A stretch of 64,000 nt of DNA from Phormidesmis sp. (lineage in GTDB: Bacteria > Cyanobacteriota > Cyanobacteriia > Leptolyngbyales > Leptolyngbyaceae): assembly GCA_965248535.1 (NCBI GenBank), contig CBDFJR010000005.1, positions 1-64,000 of the forward strand, written 5' to 3'. This document shows positions 32,398 to 43,134 of this stretch, piece by piece. Each line of letters opens with the position of its first letter. Position 1 is the stretch's first letter. The position numbers were made by a program, and so were the translations under genes. The notes beneath the pieces were generated by a model. It searched no databases and had not been told where the DNA came from. It saw only the letters and a list, made by a program, of their open reading frames with translations.

Positions 32398-33648
32398 TTA
32401 AGCTTTGAAAACGATAGCCGGGTCAACACGGGTAACTTTTTGCACTGCAAATAGAGCAGATCCTACGCACATGACCACGGTCAAAATCAAAACGCCTCCG
32501 GCGGTCGCGGGAGTGATCAAGATCATGATGCCCTTAGCGGTCTGAGTCCAGGCTCCGAGGGCCAGACAAAACGCCATGCTGGGAATGTATCCTAAAACCG
32601 CCATCCACAGCGCTTGCTCTAAAATAACGCTGTATATAACCCAGTTTGACGCACCCATCGCTTTCAGAGTTCCAAACTCGCGCAGGTGGTCGGCAACCGA
32701 AGAGTAGAGAATTTGACCGACGATCACCATACCCACGACAAACCCCACGGTGGCTCCGAGGCTGAGAATAAACCCGACTCCAGTCCGCTCTGACCAATAG
32801 ACGCGAGTTTGCTCGGCGATTTCGGCGCGAGTGTAGGCGCGAGTGTCAGGCAGGGCCGCCTCTAAGCGCTGTTTCAATTGCTGCAAGTCTTGCCCTGGTT
32901 TCGCCCGAACTAATACGTAGGAAATGGGGTCAGAGATGCTGAGGCTGCGAGGAGGGGTGAGAGCCGCAGGCTTGCCATTTAAGGGAGCGTTGTCAAAGTT
33001 GCTGATGCAGTTGAGATCGCCCTGAGTCTGCCGGGTGCAGTTGACTGAAGTGTTTAACCCAGCAGTTGCATAGGCGTTGGCGTTTTCTAACGACGTGAAG
33101 ATAAACAGGCTAGACACGATCGACTGGGTATCTTGAGACAGCGCCACAATTTGAGCCGGAAGCGTGCCGATTTTGCCCTGCTCTCCGAGTTGGGCTGGGC
33201 CTAGATTTTTTAAGCTGGCGCGATCGACGACGACTTTGAAGGGTTGTTTAGCATCTTCAAGATTGCCTTGACTAACATCCCAGCCTGCAAAGAGGCGACT
33301 GCTGGGATCAAAGCCAAAAATTCTGATGGGAGTAATGAGACCGGAGTTGCTGCGCCAAATGCTGGAGCGAATCATCAGCGCCTCGGCGCGCTCAACCCCT
33401 GAGACCCGTTGAGCTTGGACAACTTTTTCGGCCGCGATCGGGCTAGTCAACTCTAAATGCACCATGTCTTTAGAGGCCACCCACAGATCGGCCGTGGAGC
33501 GATCAATTAACAGTGCGGTCGATCGATTAAACCCTCTCAAAATGCCAACTTGAATCGTCACTAGACTGACAGCAAACATGATGCCAGCCTGAGCCACCAG
33601 AAATCGAGGGATGTCTTCAAAGAGATTTTTGCGGGCGATCGAGGCCAT
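32398..33648 (-). CDS. ABC permease (DevC/FtsX/MacB type)
   Basis: MASIARKNL, large periplasmic loop, HLREFGTLKAMGA, VTRVDPAIVF. Confidence 0.92.
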   Translation of the reverse strand: MASIARKNLFEDIPRFLVAQAGIMFAVSLVTIQVGILRGFNRSTALLIDRSTADLWVASKDMVHLELTSPIAAEKVVQAQRVSGVERAEALMIRSSIWRSNSGLITPIRIFGFDPSSRLFAGWDVSQGNLEDAKQPFKVVVDRASLKNLGPAQLGEQGKIGTLPAQIVALSQDTQSIVSSLFIFTSLENANAYATAGLNTSVNCTRQTQGDLNCISNFDNAPLNGKPAALTPPRSLSISDPISYVLVRAKPGQDLQQLKQRLEAALPDTRAYTRAEIAEQTRVYWSERTGVGFILSLGATVGFVVGMVIVGQILYSSVADHLREFGTLKAMGASNWVIYSVILEQALWMAVLGYIPSMAFCLALGAWTQTAKGIMILITPATAGGVLILTVVMCVGSALFAVQKVTRVDPAIVFKA

Positions 33649-33809
33649 GGGCAGGAAGGGGGAACGCGGAAGAGTAGTTCTAGTCACATTGACACGTTAC
33701 ATTGCTCTAGTCTATGCAAAATGACTGCTCCCATGTTCCACCCGTTCCTAACCGAGGACACTATTTGAAGTGTCTGTGCTGGCGATCGGTCGTCTACCGA
33801 GACCGAACT

Positions 33810-35213
33810 TTAACCTCGCACTCCAACTAAGGCTGCGGCAGATAGGTGTTCTGGCAGCGATTGACTTAAGCGATGTCCATAGAGCGCCAGCGCGTTGCCG
33901 TTGAGCAGCAGGCTGAGGTGATCGCGATCGTAGTCTGCTACGTCGGCGGCGGACTTAACACAATCCTTAAGCACCCCATCCCAGTGACCATAGTCACCCG
34001 AAAAGCAAGTCAGGTGCTTGCCCATTTCACCCATGGCCATCGGCAGATAAGCCGGAGCGGGATCATCTGACTCAAAGGAGGTGAAGATCTGGCCGCGGCC
34101 AAAATAGTCCATCGGGTCGCGGTGGCGCAGATCGTAGTGCTCGTAGAGGCTAGCATCGTCGATTTGCGTCGGGTCATGCTGCTTAGTCCACAGCAGGTCA
34201 AACAGGTTTTTGGCCTGGCTAATGATGTTGCTGTTGTTGTGAATGCCGCGCTCTTGAATCATCAGCTTCGTGAATTCCATCAGCGACGGGCGATAGGGAT
34301 GTTTGGGGTCAAAGTCACGAATGCGCTTTTCCCAGTGTTCATGAAAGGCGTGAGCCAAGTCAGGCAGCCAGCCACAGCCCCCTTCAAGAAAGCCAACCCG
34401 CAGCGTTGGAAAGCGCTCGAACACGCCATCAAAGACCATCCGCGCTAGGGCCATCTGCTGTTGGTTGCGCTGCACAAAAATATGACTGAGCACAAACGTC
34501 TCCATGTGGTCAGCAATGCCGCTAACCATATAGGAACCCGGCCCACCGTGAATGCCGATCGAGACATTGAGATCAACTGCCGCTTGCAAAATTGGCTCAA
34601 AATCGGGGTGACTGAGGGTTTTGCAAGTGCGAATCTCAGGAAACGCATCGGGCGCTTTGGGGTGCGGAACGGCGATGTTGGGCGCAATCGACACGCCGAT
34701 CATGCCAAGCTCGTTGACGCAGCGATACATTTCTTTGACGGCTTCGTTGACATCTTGCATGGGCAAAACGCCGATCGGTTTGAGGCGATTGTCATAGCCT
34801 CGGCAGTCGTCAGCCATGTAGTTGTTATAGGCCCGACAGAGAGCAACGCCCAGATCTTTGTCTAAATAAGAAGAGTAGCTCAAAGTCCAAGTGCCGTAGA
34901 TCACCTGCACGTCAATGCCTTCGCGATCCATGTGTTCGATTCGCACTTGGTTAAACATCGCCCCTAGAGTCGTTTCGGGGTGAAGGTTGCGAAAGCCGCC
35001 TTTGCCTAAACCTTGGGGTTGAGGGTAGAGCCGTTCTAAGTCGTTTTTGCCAGTTGCGGGGTTGAAATCGACGATTCGCATTCTCTGATCGCCCAAGTTA
35101 TCGACGACCAAGCCGACGCGATCGCGATATTGTGGCTCAATATAGTCACGAATCACGAGGGGATTCTCAATTTTGTGAGCGTCTGCGTCGATGACTAGCA
35201 AATCTTGATACAT
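33810..35213 (-). CDS. Amidohydrolase_2 family metalloenzyme
   Basis: IDADAH, MDREGID, RAYNN, FERFPTLRVGFLEGGCGW, SGDYGHWD. Confidence 0.88.
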   Translation of the reverse strand: MYQDLLVIDADAHKIENPLVIRDYIEPQYRDRVGLVVDNLGDQRMRIVDFNPATGKNDLERLYPQPQGLGKGGFRNLHPETTLGAMFNQVRIEHMDREGIDVQVIYGTWTLSYSSYLDKDLGVALCRAYNNYMADDCRGYDNRLKPIGVLPMQDVNEAVKEMYRCVNELGMIGVSIAPNIAVPHPKAPDAFPEIRTCKTLSHPDFEPILQAAVDLNVSIGIHGGPGSYMVSGIADHMETFVLSHIFVQRNQQQMALARMVFDGVFERFPTLRVGFLEGGCGWLPDLAHAFHEHWEKRIRDFDPKHPYRPSLMEFTKLMIQERGIHNNSNIISQAKNLFDLLWTKQHDPTQIDDASLYEHYDLRHRDPMDYFGRGQIFTSFESDDPAPAYLPMAMGEMGKHLTCFSGDYGHWDGVLKDCVKSAADVADYDRDHLSLLLNGNALALYGHRLSQSLPEHLSAAALVGVRG

Positions 35214-35246
35214 GAAGTTCCCTGTAGTGTAGGTTTGTGGAGCGAG

Positions 35247-35564
35247 TTAGGCGTTTGCCTTGGGCTTAAGATGCTGCCAGACTTGGCGTAGACCAAACCA
35301 ATGCTCAAAAGACCAAGCGAGAGAAGCCAAAATCGTGATGCCGGGATATTTGACAAAAGCGGGTTCGTTTTTCTCAAAAAAGGCGTGTCCACCTAGGGCA
35401 AACACTTGGGTTAGCAATAGACAAACGAGGGTCATCCGCCAGTCATAAAACAAGTAGATGACGGCGGCGATCGCTAACAAATTGGTCAGATGGTGCAGCG
35501 CTTGATTGATCGGGTTTTGGTGAGAGGCGACAAAATGCGCCTTTGCCGCTCGGAAGTAGCTCAT
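35247..35564 (-). CDS. Mpo1/DUF962-like membrane protein
   Basis: HQNPINQALH and GHAFFEKNEPA motifs. Confidence 0.85.
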   Translation of the reverse strand: MSYFRAAKAHFVASHQNPINQALHHLTNLLAIAAVIYLFYDWRMTLVCLLLTQVFALGGHAFFEKNEPAFVKYPGITILASLAWSFEHWFGLRQVWQHLKPKANA

Positions 35565-35699
35565 AGTGCTTCTCCCCGTTCTTTTTAATGGGATTTTGGA
35601 ACGATAGCACGGAGAAATTTAGGAGGCGAAGGAGCGATCGAAAGTTTTTGGAATTGGCGCTGAATTTTCTGAAAACTGCCGCAAAACTGAGTTTCTAGC

Positions 35700-36197
35700 T
35701 TAAAACCAGCGCAGTTGCCAGTAGTTTTTTTGAGGTTGACTTAACTCTTGCTCGGTCAGCCAATCGACCTGCTTATAGGTGCCAAAGACGTGATCCCACC
35801 AGTCTACGGCGAGGCCAAAGTTATGATTCCACATGCCATATTTGTGATGAACATAGTGGACAGGCATCTGCATCCAAAAGCACTTAGTCGGGTTTTCGTG
35901 CTGTAGCTGGTGGGCATAAGACGAAAACGCTGCATAGACAAAGCCGCCCAAAAACCAGCCGATGCCTGCTGTCATTGAGTGAAAGAACATCAAACACAGG
36001 ATGATGAACGTCCCTCTTATGTAGTCACGAAACTCCCACAGCACGCCTTGGGCCTCGTTGCGACGATGGTGATCGCGGTGGCGTTCGCCAATTTTGGGTG
36101 ACACATGCATCAACCGATGCAGCCAATATTCAACTAAGCTGGCCAACACAAACGCGATCGTAAAACAGATCACTCCCACTCCTAGTTTTACTAGCAC
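35700..36197 (-). CDS. Fatty acid hydroxylase/sterol desaturase family protein
   Basis: His boxes EYWLHRLMH, HRDHH, HQLQH, HYVHH; NFGL..WWDHVFGT. Confidence 0.9.
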   Translation of the reverse strand: MLVKLGVGVICFTIAFVLASLVEYWLHRLMHVSPKIGERHRDHHRRNEAQGVLWEFRDYIRGTFIILCLMFFHSMTAGIGWFLGGFVYAAFSSYAHQLQHENPTKCFWMQMPVHYVHHKYGMWNHNFGLAVDWWDHVFGTYKQVDWLTEQELSQPQKNYWQLRWF

Positions 36198-36462
36198 CGC
36201 AGTCGCTCCTTGAAGATCTTTTTAGTATTGTGCCAATAAACTGCCTTGCCCTGGATGAATGGGGCCGCAAAAGGTGCCCGATCGCGTTATTCATCCAGAC
36301 GGTCTCAGGAATGCGATCTTTAAGGACAGCAGTCAGGATGATAGGGCAGTGGACTCCCTGCAAAACCGCCTCGCCGCCGCCAAAAATCATCCCGCAATGT
36401 TGACTCGACTGCGTTAAATTGACTAGAGTCAAAGGCTTAACCCTCTTCAGGTTTCTCAGCTT

Positions 36463-36693
36463 ATGCGCTATGTTGATCATCGGTGGATGAACCCGCCCGC
36501 CCCACCAGAGGCTGAGATTTTTGGGGTTTACGAGTCCACCCATCGGTTTTATCAAGAAGCGCACTATCGAGAAGACTGCGATCGCGCCAGTGAGTGGTAT
36601 CACACGATCGCATCTCAAAATCGCCGCGAACTTGAAAAAATGCGCGGCGATATCAATATATTTGGCTGGTTTTGTCGCCAGCGAGAGCGCTGA
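36463..36693 (+). CDS. Small hypothetical protein
   Basis: 76-aa ATG ORF filling the gap to ftrV; ends ELEKMRGDINIFGWF. Confidence 0.65.
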   Translation: MRYVDHRWMNPPAPPEAEIFGVYESTHRFYQEAHYREDCDRASEWYHTIASQNRRELEKMRGDINIFGWFCRQRER

Positions 36694-36698
36694 AACCC

Positions 36699-36920
36699 CT
36701 AAATGACCTCAATCTCAAACTCTTGGAGATGCACTTTGAGCTTAGGGCCAAGCTTAACCAAAATCGGAAAATTGGCGCTAACAGGTCTGCCATGCCACTC
36801 AGTCACGATCGCCAACACGTCGCCTTCTTGCCCCTTGATGTCGAGCGGTTGGCTCCGATGTTCTGGATGATGATAAATAATGACAGATTCAATCACGCGA
36901 ATGCGAGCACCAACTTCCAT
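36699..36920 (-). CDS. ftrV: Ferredoxin-thioredoxin reductase variable chain
   Basis: MEVGARIRVIESVIIYHHPEH..WHGRPVSANFP. Confidence 0.93.
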   Translation of the reverse strand: MEVGARIRVIESVIIYHHPEHRSQPLDIKGQEGDVLAIVTEWHGRPVSANFPILVKLGPKLKVHLQEFEIEVI

Positions 36921-37074
36921 AATCCTTAGCGTTTCATTGTCAAGAGCATTCACCACGATCAGTCGCACCTAACTGGGCTTATCGATAGCTTTTTTATCTT
37001 TGCACAAGAGCGTCCCCTTCTTACGGTTTGCCGAAACTCTTGAGGAGAATCACTGGCATTGATCACCTGTGTCG

Positions 37075-38910
37075 TCAGCGCCCGATCGCCGATCGCAGCC
37101 ATTTTTCTGTCGAGTCGCGCCACTGTTGAAACCCAGTCGCGTCTAGTGAGTGCCAGATGCCGATTCCCACCGGGCCGCTTAACATCAGCATCAACAGAAT
37201 TCTCACCGTCAGCCCTAATGGGCCTGCTTTTCTGCGTTTAGGGGAAATCACCGCTTCGGTGACGGGCATCGCGATCGCGGGCAGGCTTAGGGTCGAGTCT
37301 GTCGGCAGGGCGCTAGCCTTAGGGTCACTGGGCAGCCGCATCTCTGGCAACGGCGAAGAAACGTGGCAATAGGTGAGCACGATCGAGGTGTTGTCATGGC
37401 CGTTTTTCTGATTTGCCAGGTCAATCCACGCCCGAACCGCAGACTCTAAAGAGACTTTTTCTTTGAGAATCCGATCGGCATAGTCGTGCCAAGACTGCTC
37501 AACCAAGCCCCCATCGCTCAACCCGTCAGAGCACAGCAGCAGCAGTCCGTCTTCTTCTAAAATAAATCGCTGCACGCTGGGGGTTAAAAACTGACTGTCT
37601 CGCGTGCCGAGAGCCTGAGTCAACGACCCCGCATCTGGGCGTTTGAGCACCTCTCGATAGAGCGATCGCCCGTGTTTGATTTCTCGCGTCACCACATCGT
37701 CATCCACTGTCAGTTGGTGGCAATAGTGAGACGTGATCCAATAAGCGCGGCTGTCTCCGACGTTGACGAGATAGAGTTCGTGAGCGTTGTTGGCGACGGC
37801 CCCACCGGGCAGCCTGACGCGCTGCGGAATCTGAAGGGCCATCACCAGCGTGGTGCCCATGCGTCGTCGGGCTTCTCGCGCTTGGTCATCGTTTTGGGCA
37901 GAAATCATATTGTTGACGACCCGCACGATCGCCGCTAGCTGCTCGGCTAACAAATCGGGCGGCATCGGCTCAGACTGTTGGGAAACCTCCGTCAACAAGG
38001 CTTTGATCTGAAGCTGAAGCGACTGCACCGCGAGTTGACTGGCAACTTCGCCACCTTCATGGCCGCCAATGCCATCACAGACGATCGCCAATCGCGGACT
38101 CAGGTCATCATGGGGCTGGGTGCGCGTGTCAGCCGTTAAGGGATAGCAGGTGTCTTCATTGTGCGATCGCACTGCGCCAACATCAGTGGCTCCCACAACC
38201 TGCAATCTGAGGGGCAAGCGCGCCGACTGCTCAATCAACAGTTGGTTTAACTGGGTCGAGACGGCGTGGAGGCTGGCTCCTTGCTGCATGGTTGCACAGA
38301 GATCGGTGAGTGAGTCTACGATCGTCGATTTTGACTCTGACACCCACACCAGCCAGCACTGCGCTAAATTTGCCAGGTCAGGGTTGAGAAAGGAGGCTCT
38401 AGCGTGGATGGGGTCTTCTGAATCTCTGATCAATTCTTTGAGCCTGACGCGCCACCCTTCGACTCGCAGATTATCGGGTGACAGCAGACTTGAGGCCACA
38501 TTTAAGGTCAAAAGTGGAGTCCAAAGCTGCAAGATCTGCCACAGCCAGTAGACTTGGCGCACCGCAGAGGCGTGAGTCCACGCTTCAAAAATGGCGGGTT
38601 GCAGGTCGCCTGTGGGCTTTAACGGGGCGTTTTCTAATAGCAAAATCTCCCGATCGTTCGCATCGTCACGGCAAAACCCATAGACTTGAGGCACATGCAG
38701 GCGATGGGCATAGAGGTGCAAATAGGGCAGCGCTTCGTCAGGCAGCAGGGCAGGCACCTGAGGCTCAAGGTGGGTCTGCGTGTCTAGCCAGATGTGAGGA
38801 GCGACCACCTGATAGCGATCGGACTCTACGATCGTGCCCGGTAGCTTTTGGGCAGCGACCTCTCCCACGGCCCAGAGATACTGATGCTCCTGCGATTGCA
38901 AACTGCTCAT
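37075..38910 (-). CDS. PP2C-family protein phosphatase with N-terminal extension and C-terminal TM
   Basis: TDVG..RSHNED, CDGIGGH, GDSRAY, CSDGL, GHDN. Confidence 0.92.
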   Translation of the reverse strand: MSSLQSQEHQYLWAVGEVAAQKLPGTIVESDRYQVVAPHIWLDTQTHLEPQVPALLPDEALPYLHLYAHRLHVPQVYGFCRDDANDREILLLENAPLKPTGDLQPAIFEAWTHASAVRQVYWLWQILQLWTPLLTLNVASSLLSPDNLRVEGWRVRLKELIRDSEDPIHARASFLNPDLANLAQCWLVWVSESKSTIVDSLTDLCATMQQGASLHAVSTQLNQLLIEQSARLPLRLQVVGATDVGAVRSHNEDTCYPLTADTRTQPHDDLSPRLAIVCDGIGGHEGGEVASQLAVQSLQLQIKALLTEVSQQSEPMPPDLLAEQLAAIVRVVNNMISAQNDDQAREARRRMGTTLVMALQIPQRVRLPGGAVANNAHELYLVNVGDSRAYWITSHYCHQLTVDDDVVTREIKHGRSLYREVLKRPDAGSLTQALGTRDSQFLTPSVQRFILEEDGLLLLCSDGLSDGGLVEQSWHDYADRILKEKVSLESAVRAWIDLANQKNGHDNTSIVLTYCHVSSPLPEMRLPSDPKASALPTDSTLSLPAIAMPVTEAVISPKRRKAGPLGLTVRILLMLMLSGPVGIGIWHSLDATGFQQWRDSTEKWLRSAIGR

Positions 38911-39110
38911 GCACTTAAAACCGTATATTGTAGGGCGTTTGTGACCGACTCAATCCTGCGAAAAATGAAGCATTGCGGAATTGACCGGGCACTCTTTGAA
39001 GAATGAATTAAATCGCTTAACTCGGTTGATCAGGATAGCCGATTTTGAGCATGTCGGCTGTCAAACTCTGACGAATCAGTCAGCGATCGTGAATCTGCTC
39101 TTTTAAAACT

Positions 39111-39545
39111 ATGCCTCTGACTCCGACCATGATTTGGCTTTTAGCAGGTGTGATGCTCTGCATCATTGAGTTTGTGGTGCCTACGGCATTTGTCGCCTTT
39201 GTGATGGGGCTGAGTGCGTTGGTGGTGGCCGCCTTTGCAGGGGTGCTCTCTCCAAGTTTGCAGATCCTGCTCTGGGTGGGGCTGTCTCTGCTGATGGTGT
39301 TGGGGTCTCGGCAGTTTATCAGCCGCAGAGTCGCCTTAAAACTGGATGCCACCGAAGCCGAAACGATCACCGAAATTCTGCCAGGGAAGCTGGGGCGGGT
39401 GCTCTATGAAGGAAACTCGTGGAGCGCTCGCTGCGAAACGGGAGATGAGGCGATCGCCCCTCATCAAAAAGTCTATGTCGTCGGCCGCAAAGGAACGACG
39501 CTAATCATCGTGCCAGAAGCGTTGGCACACGAGCCATCATCATGA
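39111..39545 (+). CDS. NfeD family membrane protein
   Basis: TM helices plus GRVLYEGNSWSAR OB-fold; next to SPFH gene. Confidence 0.9.
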   Translation: MPLTPTMIWLLAGVMLCIIEFVVPTAFVAFVMGLSALVVAAFAGVLSPSLQILLWVGLSLLMVLGSRQFISRRVALKLDATEAETITEILPGKLGRVLYEGNSWSARCETGDEAIAPHQKVYVVGRKGTTLIIVPEALAHEPSS

Positions 39546-39588
39546 CAACCATTCAAAAACACCATTCAAAAACTAGGAGCCTAAATCT

Positions 39589-40536
39589 ATGTGGGGTTGG
39601 TTAATTGCAGTGTGCATAGGAGCCGGGGCCATTTCTAGCGTCAAGATTATTCAGCAGGGCAATGAGGCTCTAGTAGAGCGGTTGGGGAGCTACGATCGTA
39701 AGCTCGGCCACGGACTCAGCTTTGTGATCCCCGGTCTCGATCGCCTGGCCTTTCAAGAAACCGTGCGCGAAAAAGTGCTAGAAATTCCGCCGCAGCCCTG
39801 CATCACCCGCGATAACGTCTCGATCACCGTCGATGCGGTCGTCTACTGGAAGATCGTAGACATGGAGCGGGCCTATTACAAAGTTCAAAATCTCAATGCT
39901 GCCGTGGTCAATCTAGTTCTGACTCAAATTCGGGCTGAGATGGGTCAGATTGAGTTGGATGAGACGTTTACGGCACGAGCGCAGATCAATGAAATCTTGC
40001 TGCGAGATCTCGATGTGGCCACCGACCCCTGGGGCGTGAAAGTCACTCGTGTCGAGCTACGCGACATCATTCCGTCAACGGCTGTGCAAGAATCGATGGA
40101 ATTGCAGATGTCAGCCGAGCGTCGCAAACGCGCCTCGGTGTTGACCTCTGAGGGAGAACGAGAATCAGCCGTCAACTCTGCGAGGGGCAAAGCTGAAGCT
40201 CAAGTGCTAGATGCAGAAGCCCGTCAAAAATCTGTCGTTCTTGCCGCTGAAGCCGAGCAAAAGAGCATTGTGCTCAAGGCCCAAGCCGAGCGACAGCAGC
40301 AGGTGCTTCGCGCCCAGGCGACGGCTGAAGCGATTCAAATCGTCACTCAAGCGTTGAAGGGCGACCCCCGCGCCGCCGAAGCTGGCAAAGTTTTGCTGGC
40401 CCTCAGCTATTTAGAGATGGGCACGATCGTGGGCAAGAGCGACAGCAGCAAAGTCATGTTTATGGACCCGCGCAGCATTCCGGCGACGCTGCAAGGCATG
40501 TTGTCGATCGTCGATGACCCTAACGGCAAAGCTTAG
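39589..40536 (+). CDS. SPFH/stomatin-like protein
   Basis: [39 protein letters not shown]. Confidence 0.95.
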   Translation: MWGWLIAVCIGAGAISSVKIIQQGNEALVERLGSYDRKLGHGLSFVIPGLDRLAFQETVREKVLEIPPQPCITRDNVSITVDAVVYWKIVDMERAYYKVQNLNAAVVNLVLTQIRAEMGQIELDETFTARAQINEILLRDLDVATDPWGVKVTRVELRDIIPSTAVQESMELQMSAERRKRASVLTSEGERESAVNSARGKAEAQVLDAEARQKSVVLAAEAEQKSIVLKAQAERQQQVLRAQATAEAIQIVTQALKGDPRAAEAGKVLLALSYLEMGTIVGKSDSSKVMFMDPRSIPATLQGMLSIVDDPNGKA

Positions 40537-40622
40537 AATCGCTAATTCTCTCCCTCTCCAAACTCGCCCATTCTGAAGAAACTACAGTTTTCTCTCAGAG
40601 TGGGAATTTTTTTGCGGGAGTG

Positions 40623-41009
40623 TCAATCGTTCTCAGCTTGACATTGGGTGCACAAGCCAAAAAACTCCAGCATGTGATAGTAGATTTTAAACTGATAAGA
40701 CTTATGTAGCTGTTCTTCTAGATTGTGAACCGGGCACTCGTCGATCGGAATCGAGCTACCGCACTGCACACAGGTCAAATGGTGCCTGTCTTCTTGAACC
40801 AGGCTATAGAGCGCCTCCCCATTGGGCAACGTTCTTACCTGCACCATTCCCTCTAGCTTCAGGGCTTCTAGACCCCGATAGACCGTCGCCAGCCCCATGC
40901 TTTGCTCGCGGCTGCGAAGTTCGACATAAAGATCTTGGGCTGAGATGGCTCGGTTGAGAATTTTTAAGGTTGTCAGGAGGCGTTCTTGGCTGCGGGTGCG
41001 GGTTCTCAT
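40623..41009 (-). CDS. Fur-family regulator, Zur-like
   Basis: GLATVYR, HHLTCVQC, EFFGLC..C; divergent from purS. Confidence 0.9.
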   Translation of the reverse strand: MRTRTRSQERLLTTLKILNRAISAQDLYVELRSREQSMGLATVYRGLEALKLEGMVQVRTLPNGEALYSLVQEDRHHLTCVQCGSSIPIDECPVHNLEEQLHKSYQFKIYYHMLEFFGLCTQCQAEND

Positions 41010-41151
41010 GAGAATAGGTACGATCGTCCAAAGAGAGTCTAAAAAGTTGTCTACCCTAATTGTAGAAGTTCGGCTGTTTTCATCTAGCTGCGGTCTTAGA
41101 ATAAAAAGGCTGTCACTTTAAGACAGTCTTTTTAGCAATCAGGACACGGCC

Positions 41152-41433
41152 GTGACTCACACCTATCAGGCTCAGATCTATGTTACCCTCCGTCCTTCGG
41201 TCTTAGACCCTGCGGGAACGGCAGTCAAGTCTGGGCTGTCGCACATGGGGCATCACAACGTTGAGCAAATTCGCATTGGCAAATATGTCGAGTTGACGAT
41301 CGCCGCAGACAGCGAAGACTCAGCCCGTCAGCAGTTAGACCAGATCTGTGATCAGCTTCTCGCAAACCCCGTGATCGAAAACTATCGATTTGACTTGCAG
41401 ACGTTGCCGACCCCTGTGGGCGCAGATGTCTAG
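41152..41433 (+). CDS. purS: FGAM synthase subunit PurS
   Basis: VTLRPSVLDPAG, RIGKY, LLANPVIENY. Confidence 0.96.
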   Translation: MTHTYQAQIYVTLRPSVLDPAGTAVKSGLSHMGHHNVEQIRIGKYVELTIAADSEDSARQQLDQICDQLLANPVIENYRFDLQTLPTPVGADV

Positions 41434-42335
41434 GGAGTGTTTTAAAACTACAACCAAAGTTGGATAGAAGCTAAAGTCAGCATGGCAAGGTAGTTTTCCG
41501 CTTTTTTCTCATATCGAGTTGCAATGCGGCGAAACTGCTTCAAGCGATTGAAACAACGCTCTACAACATTTCTGGTTCGGTAGATCGCCTGGTCAAACCG
41601 ACCGCGATGTTTCTCATTGCTCTTACGTGGGATGGTGAAGCGAATGCCGCGACGACGCAGGTAACGTCGGATTGCACCACTGCTATAGCCTTTGTCCCCA
41701 ACCACCCGATGAGGACGCAAGCGTGGACGACCTCGGTGGGGTCGCTTGACGGCTCCTTGTTCCATCAGTTGCTCAAACACGACGGTTTCATGCCGTTCTC
41801 CAACGGTGAGCAAAAACGTGATAGGCAGTCCATTACCATCGCAGCGCAGATGGATTTTGGTGCTGAAGCCCCCTTTCGAGCGTCCTAATGCTTCGCGTTG
41901 CTGCACTTGCTCAATCTCACTGAGCGAACTCTCTGGGTCGAGTGCCCCCTTTTTGCACCCGCCGAGTGTTGATGAGCGCGAATCACACTGCCGTCGACAT
42001 GATGAACCTCCCAGTTCAATTTGCCTTCGGCATCCGCTTGCTGCTGCAAGGTCTGAAGAATCTGATTCCAGATGCCACTGCGTCGCCAACGGTAGAACCG
42101 TCCCGATACCGTCTCCCATGCACCGTAGCGCTCTGGCAAATCGCGCCACGGTGCACCCGTTCTGAATCCACGAAAACGTTGTTTGGGCGACCCACAGTGG
42201 GCTTCTCAGGCGGATTTAAGGGGTTGAGACGTTGCCATTGAGCATTCGTTAAGTTTGCAGTTGGTTGTGGAAGGATCATCCCTGAGTTGTCTCTAGGCGC
42301 AGATAAAACACCTAGATGTTGTTAGAAAAACTCCC
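41433..42335 (-). mobile_element. Degenerate IS5-family element (two-ORF transposase, orfA broken)
   Basis: orfB GRSKGGFSTKIH, GDKGY, YRTRNVVERCFNRLKQFRRIATRYEK; orfA fragments LTNAQWQRL and PERYGAWETV in different frames; imperfect TIR GGGAGTGTTTTAAA / TTAGAAAAACTCCC. Confidence 0.88.
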
Positions 42336-42625
42336 GATCGTTCCCTCAAGAGGCAAGGGCAACCGTAACCAATGACACGATCTATCGGGGGTCTCTAAAG
42401 CTATAACTTGCTTGCAGATGGGGATGAAGTCTCATCTTTTTAACCTTATGACGATCGACCGACAATGAATTATCGCAGTGTTAAAGAGATATTGCAGAAT
42501 AACCAGGCGTGGGACTTACATCCTAGTTGCCCTATGCCGTAGTTTGTTGTTCGTCTTCTTGGCTGCTACTCCATTTGTTCAATTAGGGAGCCGCCCCAAA
42601 TCTAGCAACGACTCCCTAACACTGA

Positions 42626-42997
42626 TCACAGTTGAATGGTGGTTTTGTTGTGCAACTCCTCTACTTGAATTAATGAACCCTCACCCAGAACAATGTTGAA
42701 TTTCACTAAAGAACGTTCAACCTGATAACCAGGCAACACTCGAACAATCTGATACTCTGTGGTCAAATCACTCGTGCCATCCCACTTCAGAAACGCGAGT
42801 TGATTAGACGCAATCTCACTCAGTTCTGAGACGAACTCTTCAATGCTGTCGCTAACATTCACGAGAATGCCAGACGGCACAAAGAGATAACGCTCTTGTA
42901 AATCCAAAACCACACTCACCCGATAACGTTTTTCGATTGAGCATCGCAACTCAACCGTAAACGAAATCGAGCTAGGAACGATCGTCCTAACTGCCAT
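42626..42997 (-). CDS. Hypothetical protein (orphan)
   Basis: 123-aa ATG ORF with AAGAGG RBS; no family recognised. Confidence 0.6.
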   Translation of the reverse strand: MAVRTIVPSSISFTVELRCSIEKRYRVSVVLDLQERYLFVPSGILVNVSDSIEEFVSELSEIASNQLAFLKWDGTSDLTTEYQIVRVLPGYQVERSLVKFNIVLGEGSLIQVEELHNKTTIQL

Positions 42998-43014
42998 AGT
43001 TTTTGTCCTCTTAG

Positions 43015-43134
43015 TTAAGTTAAAGAGGACAAAAACACGGATCTCTCAGACATTGGGTTGGGGGGAAATCTGTATGCAGGATCTTGATTCCAGCCTTTCA
43101 AGATCCCATAGCAAAGCCGACGGTGTACAATCAT
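43015..43134 (-). CDS. Putative 39-aa leader peptide MIVHRRLCYGILKGWNQDPAYRFPPNPMSERSVFLSSLT
   Basis: AGGAGG 5 nt before ATG; TAA falls in the loop of the hairpin covering the next RBS. Confidence 0.45.
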   Translation of the reverse strand: MIVHRRLCYGILKGWNQDPAYRFPPNPMSERSVFLSSLT

